DNA of 64,000 nucleotides from an uncultured Nitrososphaeraceae archaeon (GTDB lineage Archaea; Thermoproteota; Nitrososphaeria; Nitrososphaerales; Nitrososphaeraceae). Below the pieces are notes generated by a model. The model was not told the origin of the DNA, did no database searches, and worked only from the letters and a program-made list of their open reading frames with translations. The stretch covers positions 480,001 through 544,000 of the forward strand of contig CAVZZA010000001.1 of assembly GCA_963779615.1 (NCBI GenBank), given 5' to 3'. Position numbers and translations under genes: made by a program. Of the stretch, positions 21,058-31,933 are shown piece after piece (the first letter of the stretch is position 1; the number at the start of each line of letters is the position of its first letter).

Positions 21058-21468
21058 TCAGTCACTAAACAGGCTTTTTGGTATTTCATCCATATCGTAA
21101 TAGTATCCCAATATGTTGTCTATTGTGTGTCGGAGTTGGGTATTACTGTTCACCACAACCACGACAGTTCTGTCTTTCTCAATTATTTTTAGTACCCTTA
21201 CATTCTCATACTCTGAAACAACCCATCTTAATTTGCCCAGTAGTTTGTTGTCATAATCTGTTCCTTTTTGTTCTCTTACAACTCTATCGTTTTCATCAAG
21301 GCCAATGGCATCAAAAATAGAATCAATATATTTTCTGTCAATATTTGCATTGTTTGCAATATACAAATCCCTAATTTGCGATGACTCTACAATAAAAACG
21401 GCCAATATGTCATCATCTACCTCTACAAGGTGCTTGACTTTATCGTAATTGGCATCACTTTTTTTCAA
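21058..21468 (-). CDS. Hypothetical protein (roadblock/longin-like pattern)
   Basis: 136-aa ORF in tandem with the antiporter; LGKLRWVVSEYENVRVL resembles thaumarchaeal small sensory-type proteins. Confidence 0.55.
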   Translation of the reverse strand: MKKSDANYDKVKHLVEVDDDILAVFIVESSQIRDLYIANNANIDRKYIDSIFDAIGLDENDRVVREQKGTDYDNKLLGKLRWVVSEYENVRVLKIIEKDRTVVVVVNSNTQLRHTIDNILGYYYDMDEIPKSLFSD

Positions 21469-21675
21469 TGTTTCAATGTCAGTACAGGAGAATATATGAC
21501 TTTGTTGACAATAATTGCTATTCGGTTTGGAAGTGCATGTGTGTTATAGTTGAGTGATGACCCATTTTTCTTTATTGTTATCTGCCACCTTTTTTGTTTT
21601 TTGTTCAAAATCCGGACTTGCAAAATTGCGTTATAGTGCTCGAATGGCTTGAACTTAACCCGCAACATACATTTA

Positions 21676-23144
21676 TGAACCGTCGTTTTTCAGGGAAAAC
21701 AACAAATTTGCATAAGAAATACACCATTGGCCTCATCATAATATCAATCTACGCCATCGCCCTCTTTACGGTCCCACCCCTACTGTTGGACAAGGATGTC
21801 ACTCCCATCCTTGCTTCCATCACTTTGGTCATGGTTGCAGTGTATGTTTTGCTTGGGCTTGAGATTGTCCACAGGACCGTTCTTGCGGCTTTTGCTGCCA
21901 TCCTTTCCATCATTTTGGCGATTACCTTGGGCTCCATACCAGCTGAGGAAAGCCTTGACTTTGTAATTGAAGCCATTGACTTTAACACCATTGGCCTCCT
22001 GTTGGGAATGATGATTATAGTGGCCATCCTTGGTGAGACAGGCGTATTTTACCAGGTAGGAATAAAGTTGGGCAAGGCCAGCAAGGGCAATGTCTGGACC
22101 TTGATGCTGCTTCTTTGTGCGTTTACCGCTGTTGCCTCAATGTTCGTTGACAACGTCACCACGATTTTGCTCATGGTGCCGGTCACCCTGTCAATAACAA
22201 GGACACTAAAGGTGCATCCAATCCCGTTCATAATAGCTCAGGTCTTGGTGTCAAACATCGGAGGGGCCGCCACCTTGATTGGTGACCCTCCCAATATTCT
22301 TATTGGTTCAGCCGCTGGAATTGACTTTAACTCTTTTCTTATCTATATGGGTCCCACCATGGCAATCATATTCGCCATTTCTTTGCTGCTGTTAAGGTTG
22401 TTCTTCAAAAAAGAGCTAAAGGGGGAACAGAGCCTGGAAAAGGAGTCCGATGTACAGGTGCTGATGCACAGGGATGAGGACGCCATAGTTTCGCACAGCA
22501 AAGGACTGCTGACAAAATCAATGATTGTGCTGATAGGGGTTATCGTTCTGTTCTCACTGCAGGGTGTAACTCATCTGGAGGTCTCCATAGTCGCAATAGG
22601 GGGAGCCGCTGTCTTGCTTGCCGTTACAAGAATTCCCTTGGAGAAGATACTGCATGAGGTTGATTGGTCCACCCTCTTGTTCTTTATAGGCTTGTTTGTT
22701 TTGGTGGGGATGGCAGAGCATGCAGGCCTTATAACCATACTGGCAAAACTCGCCATTGGCATAACCGGCGGCAATCCCTGGCTCACTTTTGTAATGATAG
22801 TGTGGCTGTCCGGCATCGCAAGCGCCTTTGTTGACAACATCCCGTTTACAACCACCATGATACCGCTGGTTCATTCACTTATCGACACTCCAAGCATTGC
22901 CTCAACATTTGGCACTGCGTTTCACATTAGCCCATTGTGGTGGGCTTTGGCCCTGGGGGCAGATTTGGGCGGTAACGGAACTTTGATTGGCTCAAGCGCA
23001 GGGGTGGTTGCCGCGGGTTTGAGCATGAAATTTGGGCACGGAATATCCTTTATGAGATTCTTCAAGATAGGGTTTCCATTTATGCTCATTACCCTGGCAG
23101 TAGGAACTGTAGTGCTTTACGGATTGCTATCGTTTCTGTATTGA
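21676..23144 (+). CDS. ArsB/NhaD (P-protein/SLC13-like) permease
   Basis: IDFNTIGLLLGMM, FVDNVTTILL, SNIGGAATLIGDPPN, VDNIPF, GADLGGNGTLIGSSAG; ATG at 21676 assumed as start. Confidence 0.9.
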
Positions 23145-23255
23145 CAAATAAGGAAACCTGTGATTACATGCCACCATTATCCTGGTTTGACTATTCATAC
23201 CATACTTGAAAAAAAAGAGATTAGTCAAGGTGTACTGCACTTGATTGCAGACCTT

Positions 23256-23510
23256 TTACTCGTAAATGGAGGAATGGTTTCTTTGTGATGGATTGCTGAA
23301 CTTGAGACCCTTAGGTAACTTTGCCATGCCTTCCTTATTCGTTGCCTTTTTCTTTTTGTATTTTTCTTCGAATTTTTTCTCTTCAGTTTTTTTATGCAGG
23401 TCACTGTTTCCCTGAAGCACATCATAAGGAAGAGAAAGGGCGTCTTCGTTTAGAAATGTGTAACCGCCATTATCCGATTTATCTTTCAATATTCTTATTT
23501 TCTTTTTCAT
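23256..23510 (-). CDS. Small basic hypothetical protein
   Basis: 84-aa Lys-rich ATG ORF; no recognisable motif. Confidence 0.4.
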   Translation of the reverse strand: MKKKIRILKDKSDNGGYTFLNEDALSLPYDVLQGNSDLHKKTEEKKFEEKYKKKKATNKEGMAKLPKGLKFSNPSQRNHSSIYE

Positions 23511-23793
23511 GTCCTTTTGCGCCTATTTGGGATGAATACAATGGGTTTGTTTTCTCAGTGAATTTCTTTTCCATAGCTGTTTATCTGAAGCAAAATTAGT
23601 TTACAGGCAAAACATATCCGCAAACTGCTGCAGAATATTGGCACAACTAGTAAGACTAATCTTGAGCTAAAATACTAAGTGAAAAGATTCATGGATTGAA
23701 CCTAAAGGTATTCAACAAGTGGTTATAGTTCCAGAAATACTTAAGGTTTCCTCACGGTTATTTTTTGATATTCCTCAAACTTGCGGTGTTTGT

Positions 23794-24702
23794 TTATTGT
23801 GAGAATTCTTGCTGTATCAAGTCGGTGTTTACCCCCACAGCAGCCCGGCTTCCTTCGGCTGCCGCATAAATCAATTGAGACGGAGCAATCACGGATGCAT
23901 CCCCTGCTGCATACACCCCTTGGATGTTTGTCCTGCCAGAAGAGTCCGTCGCAATACCGCCCATCAGGTTGTTTTCGCAACCCATCTGTTTGCCAAAACC
24001 GGAAGATTGGACCAATTGTGGAAGGACAAAACCATTTTTTCTTGCCATGGTCTCCCCGTCTTCAAACACTACCTGTTCCAGCAGCCCCTCCTGTCCAACA
24101 AGGCCCTTGATTCGCTGTTCCATGACTTTGATTCCCTTGCTTTGGAGTAAACGTTTTTTCTCCGAATCCAAAATCACTTTACCATTGGTGCATACAACCA
24201 GGTCCTTGCTCCAGTTGTAAACTGTTTGGACATAATGAAGGACATTCTTCTGGTCTTCTATGATTACCACCAAAGGCCTGTCCCTTAACTCCCATCCGTC
24301 ACAGTATGGGCAGTTAAACAGGCTTTTGCCGTAAAACCTGGAAATGTTATCTATATCAGGCAATACATCTTTCAATCCTGTGGATATGATGATTGTTTTG
24401 GATTGGTGCTTTTCACCATCAGAGGTTATCAAATCAAATGACTTTTCATTTTTGGTTACCGAAGTTACTTCATTCTTCCTAAATTCAATGGAAGGGTATC
24501 TGCTTAGTTCATCATGGGCAATCTGTCTAAACTCACCAGGGTTTGTTCCATCCCTTGTGATAAAACCATGGGACTCGTGTGTAACGGCGTTCCTTGGTTT
24601 GTTGTTGTCAAACAGAATAATGTTTCGCCTTGCCCTGCCCAACACCAGTGCAGCACTCAGGCCAGCAGGACCCCCGCCAATTATTGCACTGTCAAGCAAC
24701 AC
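23794..24702 (-). CDS. Thioredoxin reductase-like FAD/NAD(P) oxidoreductase
   Basis: IIGGGPAGLSAA, SHGFITRDG, CPYCDGWE, GVYAAGD. Confidence 0.92.
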   Translation of the reverse strand: MLLDSAIIGGGPAGLSAALVLGRARRNIILFDNNKPRNAVTHESHGFITRDGTNPGEFRQIAHDELSRYPSIEFRKNEVTSVTKNEKSFDLITSDGEKHQSKTIIISTGLKDVLPDIDNISRFYGKSLFNCPYCDGWELRDRPLVVIIEDQKNVLHYVQTVYNWSKDLVVCTNGKVILDSEKKRLLQSKGIKVMEQRIKGLVGQEGLLEQVVFEDGETMARKNGFVLPQLVQSSGFGKQMGCENNLMGGIATDSSGRTNIQGVYAAGDASVIAPSQLIYAAAEGSRAAVGVNTDLIQQEFSQ

Positions 24703-24800
24703 GCCAATTAATCTGTATTATGTTACTTAATCTTTATCCGGTATTGCTTGAGCAGGGTTTGTGTTACAAACAATTTCGCCATTTATGAAGAGCGGGATTT

Positions 24801-25025
24801 GTGTTAAGGTGGAATATTAGAAATAACAAATTTGGTCAGGAAGGGGTAAAGGCGATGGAGAAGGTTCTTGATGGATTGTATAGATGGTTTGACAAATCTT
24901 TGTCATTAGATTGGATAGATGAGTCCTATTGGCATACACATCGCAAAAAGAGCACTAGTCCATGTGACTGTAAAACCTACAGAAAAAAAATGATAAAGCA
25001 TTATGTTAAACAATTAATAATTTAA
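24801..25025 (+). CDS. Small hypothetical protein
   Basis: 74-aa ORF with HTH..PCDCK His/Cys cluster; start uncertain. Confidence 0.3.
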   Translation: MLRWNIRNNKFGQEGVKAMEKVLDGLYRWFDKSLSLDWIDESYWHTHRKKSTSPCDCKTYRKKMIKHYVKQLII

Positions 25026-25061
25026 CTATTTTATTTTCTTGACAGTAGGAAGAACAATGAT

Positions 25062-25610
25062 TTGAAACAAGACGACAATGACTATAGTAATGGTAAACGT
25101 TTTAAACCACTTTACAAACACCTCTTGATAATCTGTATTGTGGTAGTCACCTTGGTCGGAATAAGCGCCTATGCCGAATTACAGATAGGAAAGTCCGACA
25201 TTAAAGAAAAATCCTTCAGAAATGACCCGTTTGTGTTGCGTGTTCATTCGCACTTGACAATCATGATGGATAATAAATCCATTACCACACCCAGCCAAAT
25301 AGGCATAGATAAACCATTGTGGAAAGGTCATACGCTTGATAAATATGGAGCACCTGGAATGCCAATGCAAGGAATGGTGATGCCAGGTATGGCGCCAATA
25401 TATACCACAGACAATAGCGGTCTAATCCATGTAGGCTCAGTAGTCAATAGGAACTATACATTGGGTGAGTTTTTCCAGATATGGGGGTTGGATTTGGATG
25501 GTAAAACAATAAAAGCCACGGTTGATGGGAAACCAGTGCCCGATTTTAAGAACATCATTTTGAGAGAGGGTCAGCAGATTCACCTTGACATCACCAGTAA
25601 AAATGGATGA
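25062..25610 (+). CDS. Membrane-anchored thaumarchaeal protein
   Basis: TM helix, then VHSHL...PSQIGI...IYTTDNSGLIHV...YTLGEFFQIWG; Met-rich loop. Confidence 0.7.
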   Translation: MKQDDNDYSNGKRFKPLYKHLLIICIVVVTLVGISAYAELQIGKSDIKEKSFRNDPFVLRVHSHLTIMMDNKSITTPSQIGIDKPLWKGHTLDKYGAPGMPMQGMVMPGMAPIYTTDNSGLIHVGSVVNRNYTLGEFFQIWGLDLDGKTIKATVDGKPVPDFKNIILREGQQIHLDITSKNG

Positions 25611-25629
25611 TTTTTATAATATCACATCA

Positions 25630-26107
25630 TAATGGTATCGATTATTGGCAAAATCTCCATGGCCCATTTTAACCCGCTGTGACTTTGGGCTTTCTGATTA
25701 CAAAGCACATAACGAAAAGACAGTTACTCCTTTACATATCTGCAGATATAACGGGGGCGCTATTGGCAAACTTGTTTGTAAAATATGCCATAGGGAATGA
25801 GGCATTCCTTGGAGCCGATTCTCCAAACTATGCGTATCCTCTGCCTTTGATAATCGGGGTGGAGATGTTGGCTTCTGCCCTGCTGATGGCTGTGATATTG
25901 ATTGTTGTATATACAAGGGGCCTGAGAGGCTTTGGTGGAATAGTTATTTGTGCTGTGGTTGGCTTGGACATTTTCTTTTTGCCCTTTGTGTCAGGGGCAT
26001 CAATGAATTCTGCTCGTTCATGGGCCCCTGTCAGTGTCTGGCCAAATGGGAAACCTGTGGGTTTTACTCATAAGCCACCTTTGCTGGAACACCGCCAACA
26101 ATCGTAA
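25630..26107 (+). pseudogene. Aquaporin/MIP channel pseudogene
   Basis: ISMAHFNP broken by a 1-nt shift before VTLGF; second box SGASMNSARS; N-terminus missing, C-terminus out of frame. Confidence 0.8.
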
Positions 26108-26258
26108 CGGTATTTGGTAGAAAATTTTCGCATACATTATTGTTTTAATAATGCCGTTAAAGACTATGTTGCCCCACACCAAAAAGCAACATAAAAAACA
26201 GCATGTGTAGCAGTAAAAAATGCGGTAACAGGGATAGCGGCCAAGAAATGGCCGTAAC

Positions 26259-26876
26259 ATGGGTATAAAAACTCATCTGCTTATATACCATCTCAATAAC
26301 AATGGTTGGCGCATGCCACCAAATGAAAAGGACAAAGAAAAACTTGTTATCGACCTGCTGAAAAAAGGTTACAAAACAAGGGAGATTGTAAAGCTGGCAC
26401 ATGTTTCGAACACCACCATCAAGAAAATAAAAATGAAACTAACTGGAGAGGTTAATAAAGAACAGGAGCCTGATGACACCAAGAAAAAACCATTGTCCGT
26501 TTCATCACAGGCCTTCAATCTTTTTTTGGAGGGCAAACCTGTTGTCAAGGTGGCCATTGAACTTGATTTAACAACAGACCAGGCACTGAAAATCAGCTCT
26601 GACTACCTGGTATTATGGAACATGGGAATGGCGTCTCGCGTCTTGATGGAAAACAAGAATAATCTTGGGGCATATTTGAAACTGCTTGATTTTCTGGACG
26701 GAAACAAAATAAAGATGAGGGATTTGAACCATGCTGTCGATTTGGCGCAAAACATAGACAATATGAAGAAAGAGAAATCGCAACTAGAATTCGACATAGA
26801 CACGCTGATTGACTTAAAAAAGTGGTATGAGAAGGAACTAGACGAAATCAAAAGAAAATACTACAAAATCCGTTAA
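26259..26876 (+). CDS. HTH + coiled-coil protein, paralog of 8427-9012
   Basis: KEKLVIDLLKKGYKTREIVKLAHVS...SQAFNLF...VKVAIELD; true start may be the ATG at 26313. Confidence 0.75.
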   Translation: MGIKTHLLIYHLNNNGWRMPPNEKDKEKLVIDLLKKGYKTREIVKLAHVSNTTIKKIKMKLTGEVNKEQEPDDTKKKPLSVSSQAFNLFLEGKPVVKVAIELDLTTDQALKISSDYLVLWNMGMASRVLMENKNNLGAYLKLLDFLDGNKIKMRDLNHAVDLAQNIDNMKKEKSQLEFDIDTLIDLKKWYEKELDEIKRKYYKIR

Positions 26877-27078
26877 AAAAATACATGTATTGAACAGTTA
26901 ATTCTACCCTCTGCAGTCACCTAAGAAGACAATAAACTGCATGAAAGCAAATTGTGAAAATGTCTCTGCCTTTTTTTACTTAACGATTTGTTGTACGTTC
27001 ATCATTAGCATTCGTTAATTAATATTATATCGCAATCATACCATGGAAGGTAAAGCAAGTTTTACGTGTGAATATGCT

Positions 27079-27372
27079 TTAGTGTGTTTCCCAATACATT
27101 GTCATCCACTGCCTAGAGTACATCTTGATGCCCGCAACATCCTCTTTCTCATCATTGTCAACTGTAATGTACGCATTATCAATCAGGAACCTGAGGGATT
27201 CGTCTACCTGCGCTTTGTCCCTGCCGCCATAAACCCTTTCAACATCCTCTCCATGGATTAACACGTTCCAGTCATCGTTGTGGCATTTCTTGTCCCACAA
27301 CAGGGTCAGTATTGCGTAGGTTGCCATTATTTCCTGCGGGGCGTCTTTCAGTATGTCTGAATCGGATTTCAT
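27079..27372 (-). CDS. Small hypothetical protein, possibly winged-helix
   Basis: 97-aa ORF; QVDESLRFLIDNAYITV resembles a wHTH recognition helix and wing. Confidence 0.5.
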   Translation of the reverse strand: MKSDSDILKDAPQEIMATYAILTLLWDKKCHNDDWNVLIHGEDVERVYGGRDKAQVDESLRFLIDNAYITVDNDEKEDVAGIKMYSRQWMTMYWETH

Positions 27373-27424
27373 TCCCTACGATTTTTCTTATGTGTTTTGG
27401 TACCTTAGGTTTTCCATCAAATAC

Positions 27425-27790
27425 ACTCCTCAATATTGGAATATGCTTTTTGGTTTGACGGCAGAACCAAACAAGGTATGGGCAAAAAACGCCGCACTGA
27501 TTGTTGTGGTTGCCTCAAACAAACATTTTGACATCAACGGAAAATACTCCATAATGCACCAGTTCGATACTAGGGCCACCTGGAAAAACTTGGCCTTGGA
27601 GACATCAGCAATGGGATTGGTGACATGGCATGCAGAGATTTGACTATGAAAGGAAAAGGGCAGACTTGAGGATTCCGGACAGCTTTGGTGTTATGGCCAC
27701 GATTGCGAAAGGAAAAGGGCAGACTTGAGGATTCCGGACAGCTTTGGTGTTATGGCCACGATTGCGAATGGAAAAGACGACCAAAGGAAT
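27425..27790 (+). pseudogene. Nitroreductase-family 3' fragment with frameshift and duplication
   Basis: NKVWAKNAA...FDTRATWKNLALE...GLV, then FDYE...LRIPDSFGVMATIA.G. Confidence 0.75.
27648..27776 (+). repeat. 59-bp tandem duplication
   Basis: Identical units start at 27648 and 27707; GAAWGGAAAAG microhomology at 27648, 27707 and 27766. Confidence 0.95.
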
Positions 27791-27855
27791 GTATTGTATT
27801 TAATAATGATTAAGGAATTGGAAACCTTTAATTTAATGCAGAATATATTATTGAA

Positions 27856-28809
27856 ATGTATAGTAAATCAAATCCTAAGTTTTATGATGAGGGGAGAATG
27901 GCATTTATGTCATATTTTGCTATAGGGTTACTATCATTGTTCGCTCTGACCGTTGTTGCTAACGATGTAAATGCTCAGGGTGAAAATGTCACCATTAACA
28001 CAACAAAATTGTCTAACAATACATATATGCTTGAAGGGTCGGGAGGAAACATTATTGTTTCTGTTGGACAGGATGGCGTTTTTATGGTGGATGATCAATT
28101 TGCGCCCCTTACAGAAAAAATTAAAGGGGCGATCTCAAACATAACTGACCAACCCGTAAAATTTGTGATCAACACTCATTGGCACTCCGACCACACAGGG
28201 GGAAATGAGAATTTTGGTGAGTTAGGCTCGATAATAGTTTCGCATGATAATGTCAGAAAACGCCTGAGTACAGAGCAATTCTCGGCATTCTTTAATCGAA
28301 CGATTCCACCCTTGCCAGAAAAGGGTCTACCAATCATCACCTTTTCAGATAACATGACTATCTTTCAGAACGGCGACGAGATAAAGATAATTCATGTAGA
28401 TAATGGCCACACCGATGGCGACTCTATCGTCTACTTTACAAAGGATAATGTAATCCATGTCGGAGACGACTTTTTTGATAAATCATATCCAGTGATCGAC
28501 ATATCAAGTGGTGGCAGCATAGATGGATTCATTTCATCGTTACAGAAAATATCATCAATAATTGATGATGAAACAAAAGTAGTGTCCGGTCATTCAGAAA
28601 TATCCAATAAAACAAAAGTCAATGACCTTGAAAATATGCTAAAAGACGTGCGCCAGAACGTTAGTCAAATGATAGCGGATGGAAAATCTCTGGAAGAAAT
28701 AATTGCCTCGCAACCAACATCAAAATACGATGGAATCTATTATGACAATAGCACAATAAAACCAGAAGATTTTGTAACAGTTGTGTATCAAAGCCTCACC
28801 AAGAAATAG
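27856..28809 (+). CDS. Secreted MBL-fold metallo-hydrolase (cyclase-like)
   Basis: INTHWHSDHTGGN, GHTDGD, HVGD, SGH; signal peptide. Confidence 0.9.
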   Translation: MYSKSNPKFYDEGRMAFMSYFAIGLLSLFALTVVANDVNAQGENVTINTTKLSNNTYMLEGSGGNIIVSVGQDGVFMVDDQFAPLTEKIKGAISNITDQPVKFVINTHWHSDHTGGNENFGELGSIIVSHDNVRKRLSTEQFSAFFNRTIPPLPEKGLPIITFSDNMTIFQNGDEIKIIHVDNGHTDGDSIVYFTKDNVIHVGDDFFDKSYPVIDISSGGSIDGFISSLQKISSIIDDETKVVSGHSEISNKTKVNDLENMLKDVRQNVSQMIADGKSLEEIIASQPTSKYDGIYYDNSTIKPEDFVTVVYQSLTKK

Positions 28810-29347
28810 ACACATGTAGAGACCTGATAAAATATTTCTTTTCCTTTTCCTTTTTATTTGTCCAAATCAATAGAAATAAGAACTTGATTATCTGTTTTTA
28901 TGTTGGGTGCCGGATAGAATATCATCAATATAGATATCAGTATTCATATTTCAAAATACAGTTCCTTGCCGTAGATTATGACGTCCCAAAGATTGAGCCT
29001 TTTGCCGGCAAAGTCGCTCCCAAATGCGCTATCATGCATTAATCCAACGAGCCTATTGATAAATAATGATGTTTGACGCGACCTAATTATGATTCAAAAA
29101 TACATAAAACAACTGTCAGAACCGTCCAACCGTCAAAATATGCAATAATAATATTTGTATAGTAATACCTAAAGCATAACCAAGAGCAAGATAACAATTT
29201 ATTTGCAACATAATTTTTCTATTTTTCTGCTTTATGCCTTTATGATTAGGATATTATGCTACATATCCATTTCTGTAAGCAAATACAAAAAATATGTAAA
29301 GTAAATAAAAACCCCCCAGGCCTACGGAGGCATTGGATGTGATAATT

Positions 29348-29999
29348 CTACTGTGTCAGTGAAGTGACTATGCCAAATCGGGGAACTGAAAAATAGCCCC
29401 CTGTTTTGAAAGCATCCAAACTCAAATTTGCTAATTTGCCATTTATTAGGTATAAAGTGACTGGCACGTCATTAAAAGCGGTCTTACCGTTGATATTTAC
29501 ATCTGCAATACCACGGAATGATGTGCTGTTGCCTGTCAATTGTATATTGTTGTTAGAACTAGGCAGAATAGCACCTGTGGAATTGCGAATTTCACTAATG
29601 GAAAAAAAGCCGTTTACCTTACCGTTTAATGCAATTGCTTCTGCATTCCATTTAAAGTCCTGTAGTTGACCGCCACTGACTGCAAAACTCCAATTCCCTG
29701 ACAGTATTGAACCTTGAGGTGGAGCTATACCAAATTGCAAAATTGATTCGCTAGCCTGTGGCATGCCTCCAGGCAGAACAAATACCTGGCCTGTATATCA
29801 GGATGCACTAAATGTGTCAACAGGTACTGTTCGCCTGTGCTGATGCATTTTGCAGGATATTATTGTTCAACACTGACATACCTGCCACAAAAAGTAAAGG
29901 CAATACAAGCACAGTCATAACAAAACGTTTATCATAACTATATGATGCTGGAATCATTATTTGTATCTGGTTATCAAAGTTTAAATATTTAGCCATCAT
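29348..29999 (-). pseudogene. Secreted thaumarchaeal beta-rich protein split into two ORFs
   Basis: Signal-peptide ORF 29817-29999 (ends ASAQ) followed by ORF 29348-29764 (ILSGNWSF...FGIV); frame broken between them. Confidence 0.5.
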
Positions 30000-30364
30000 A
30001 AAGCAAATACTTTACAGACTCAAAAAGAAATATTGTAAAGGATATAGAATCATCAAGTTCTGAAAGAAGTTACCCATTAGGAAATCTTGGTGAAATTAAA
30101 AAATATATATTATTAGGCTTTAGTTGATTGAGGTCGAATAAGATAAAGAAAAAAGAAAAACACGTTATATGACTTGAACAACGTGAAACAATCAAATACT
30201 TAAAAAATGTTTTATTAAAGTTGGTTCCCATAGTACCCCTTCAATGATGGCTACAAAAAATTCAAAAATGAAAAACATGGGTATTTCATTCACAAAAAAA
30301 CTCCATATTTACAAAACCCAACAATAACGAATTGACGGTAGTTTGGACGGTTATTTGAGAACCG

Positions 30365-30955
30365 TCAATTTTTGCTATTGCACACGTGGTGCTTCATAAA
30401 GTGTATGTCTCCCCTTTGAGGACATTTGTCGCATTCAAAAGTGTCTGAATAACCAAGTCTGTGTATATGAGGATTAAACAACGACCCCTCGTCAACTTTA
30501 TTCAAGATTTCTGTACTATCCATCTTTCTTTGCAGTTTCCTTATCTTGATGACTCTGTGTCCTTCGCCATTTTTTTCACCAGTGATGATTTCGATACCCT
30601 TCTCCTTCAGGTTAGGCACGATTTCGTTTATCTTGAATGTCAGTTTGTTTGAGGCTTTGGGCCACAGGTTGCTTCGTTTTAGTTCGGGTTTTATTTGGTC
30701 TATTACATCGCCCAAGTCTTTGTGAAGCCTTGTGGGCGTTCCCTCCCAATGATAACTGTCTTCCTTTTCGCCAATAAAAAGAAGCAATGCCTCGGCAACG
30801 GGCGACGACTCTATCACCTCATCGTTTTGGTTGTCAAAGTTTTCATGGTATGCATTGATAAACTCAGTGTCTTTGTTTTCTAAACAGCGTGAAATGATTT
30901 CTCCTCAATCTGCAAAGTCGGCCATTCTCGGAGAACCTTTCAGTATTTTTTCCAT
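30365..30955 (-). pseudogene. 3' fragment of a plasmid/virus primase-helicase (Rep)-like gene
   Basis: SPRMADFAD*GEIISRCL (TGA at a usual Trp position), WEGTPTRL, WPKASNKL; C-terminal CDKC..GD..MKHHVC as in 32846-34741; 5' part absent. Confidence 0.7.
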
Positions 30956-31039
30956 ATAGTTACTTTTATTAGTATTAGAAATTTGACATGAATTAAATGT
31001 GTTATAACTTTTATGTACTAATCATGAATGAATGAATCA

Positions 31040-31933
31040 TTAAAACCATTTGGTCAAATCATTTGTTTTCCCAATTGTAACGTCGAATGCGTCATTCAAT
31101 AAGTTTTTATCAATTTTGTTAATCCTATTTTCCATTGCTGAAAAAACGTTGGAAGCCCCTCTACTCCTGCTGGCTAAGATTAAATCGTATCTCTGACCAT
31201 CTGTTTCTACCTTCGAGGAGAAAACATTGTATTTTTCATCTTTACCCTCACATTCTATTTTATTGCGATAAAGTGAAATTATATCATCCATGGTGTTAAA
31301 TTCTGTATTAATTCTTTCACCAAAAAATAATTCTAACTTTAATTCAGATTGTTTAGCATTTGTATTCCTGTATATCCCTTCACTATGTAGTGTCATGATT
31401 ATATCCACTGCCCCATAGTTAAGTAATAATTTCATTGATTTCCATTGAATGTCTAGCCCAAAAGGATCTAAAAAGACTAAAAATCCTTCTTTCTCTTTCG
31501 CAATTGTACCAAACAATTCATTAATTTTTTCATTTACGTCTTTTTTTTCTATAGATATGAGATTATTATGACCTAAGCTATGGCCATTAATTCTTTTTTG
31601 TATTAAATTGATGTATTTTTTAGAGATGTCTGAAAGAATGTATTTATCAAATCGATATTTGTTATATAGTGCTACTAATGATGAGCCTGGGAACCTGTAC
31701 TTATTATCTATGGTATACAACCCACTTCCACAGAAGGGGTCGACAAAAATAGGATTGTAACCATTTTTTCTATAAATTTTGATGCAGGGTTCGATATAAT
31801 AGTCTAATGCAATTAATTTTTTGATTGACCATGTGCCATGATTTGGTGTTGTTTCATCTTTATCTTCCCAGTTGCTTACATTAGAATAGAGGCTTTTTAT
31901 TCTGTCTTTGGTCCACGTATAAATATCAACCAA
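31040..31933 (-). CDS. tcmP: Three-Cys-motif partner protein TcmP (SAM-dependent methyltransferase-like fold)
   Basis: WSIKKLIALDYY, FVDPFCGSG, GSSLVAL, VFLDPFG..IQW; overlaps the DUF5131 gene by 8 nt. Confidence 0.85.
   Translation of the reverse strand: MVDIYTWTKDRIKSLYSNVSNWEDKDETTPNHGTWSIKKLIALDYYIEPCIKIYRKNGYNPIFVDPFCGSGLYTIDNKYRFPGSSLVALYNKYRFDKYILSDISKKYINLIQKRINGHSLGHNNLISIEKKDVNEKINELFGTIAKEKEGFLVFLDPFGLDIQWKSMKLLLNYGAVDIIMTLHSEGIYRNTNAKQSELKLELFFGERINTEFNTMDDIISLYRNKIECEGKDEKYNVFSSKVETDGQRYDLILASRSRGASNVFSAMENRINKIDKNLLNDAFDVTIGKTNDLTKWF

Noticed and set aside
30890-30930. TGA recoding (Sec or Trp) in MADFAD*GEII
   Set aside because: The gene is also 5'-truncated and TGA is a normal stop elsewhere in the window; TGG-to-TGA decay is simpler
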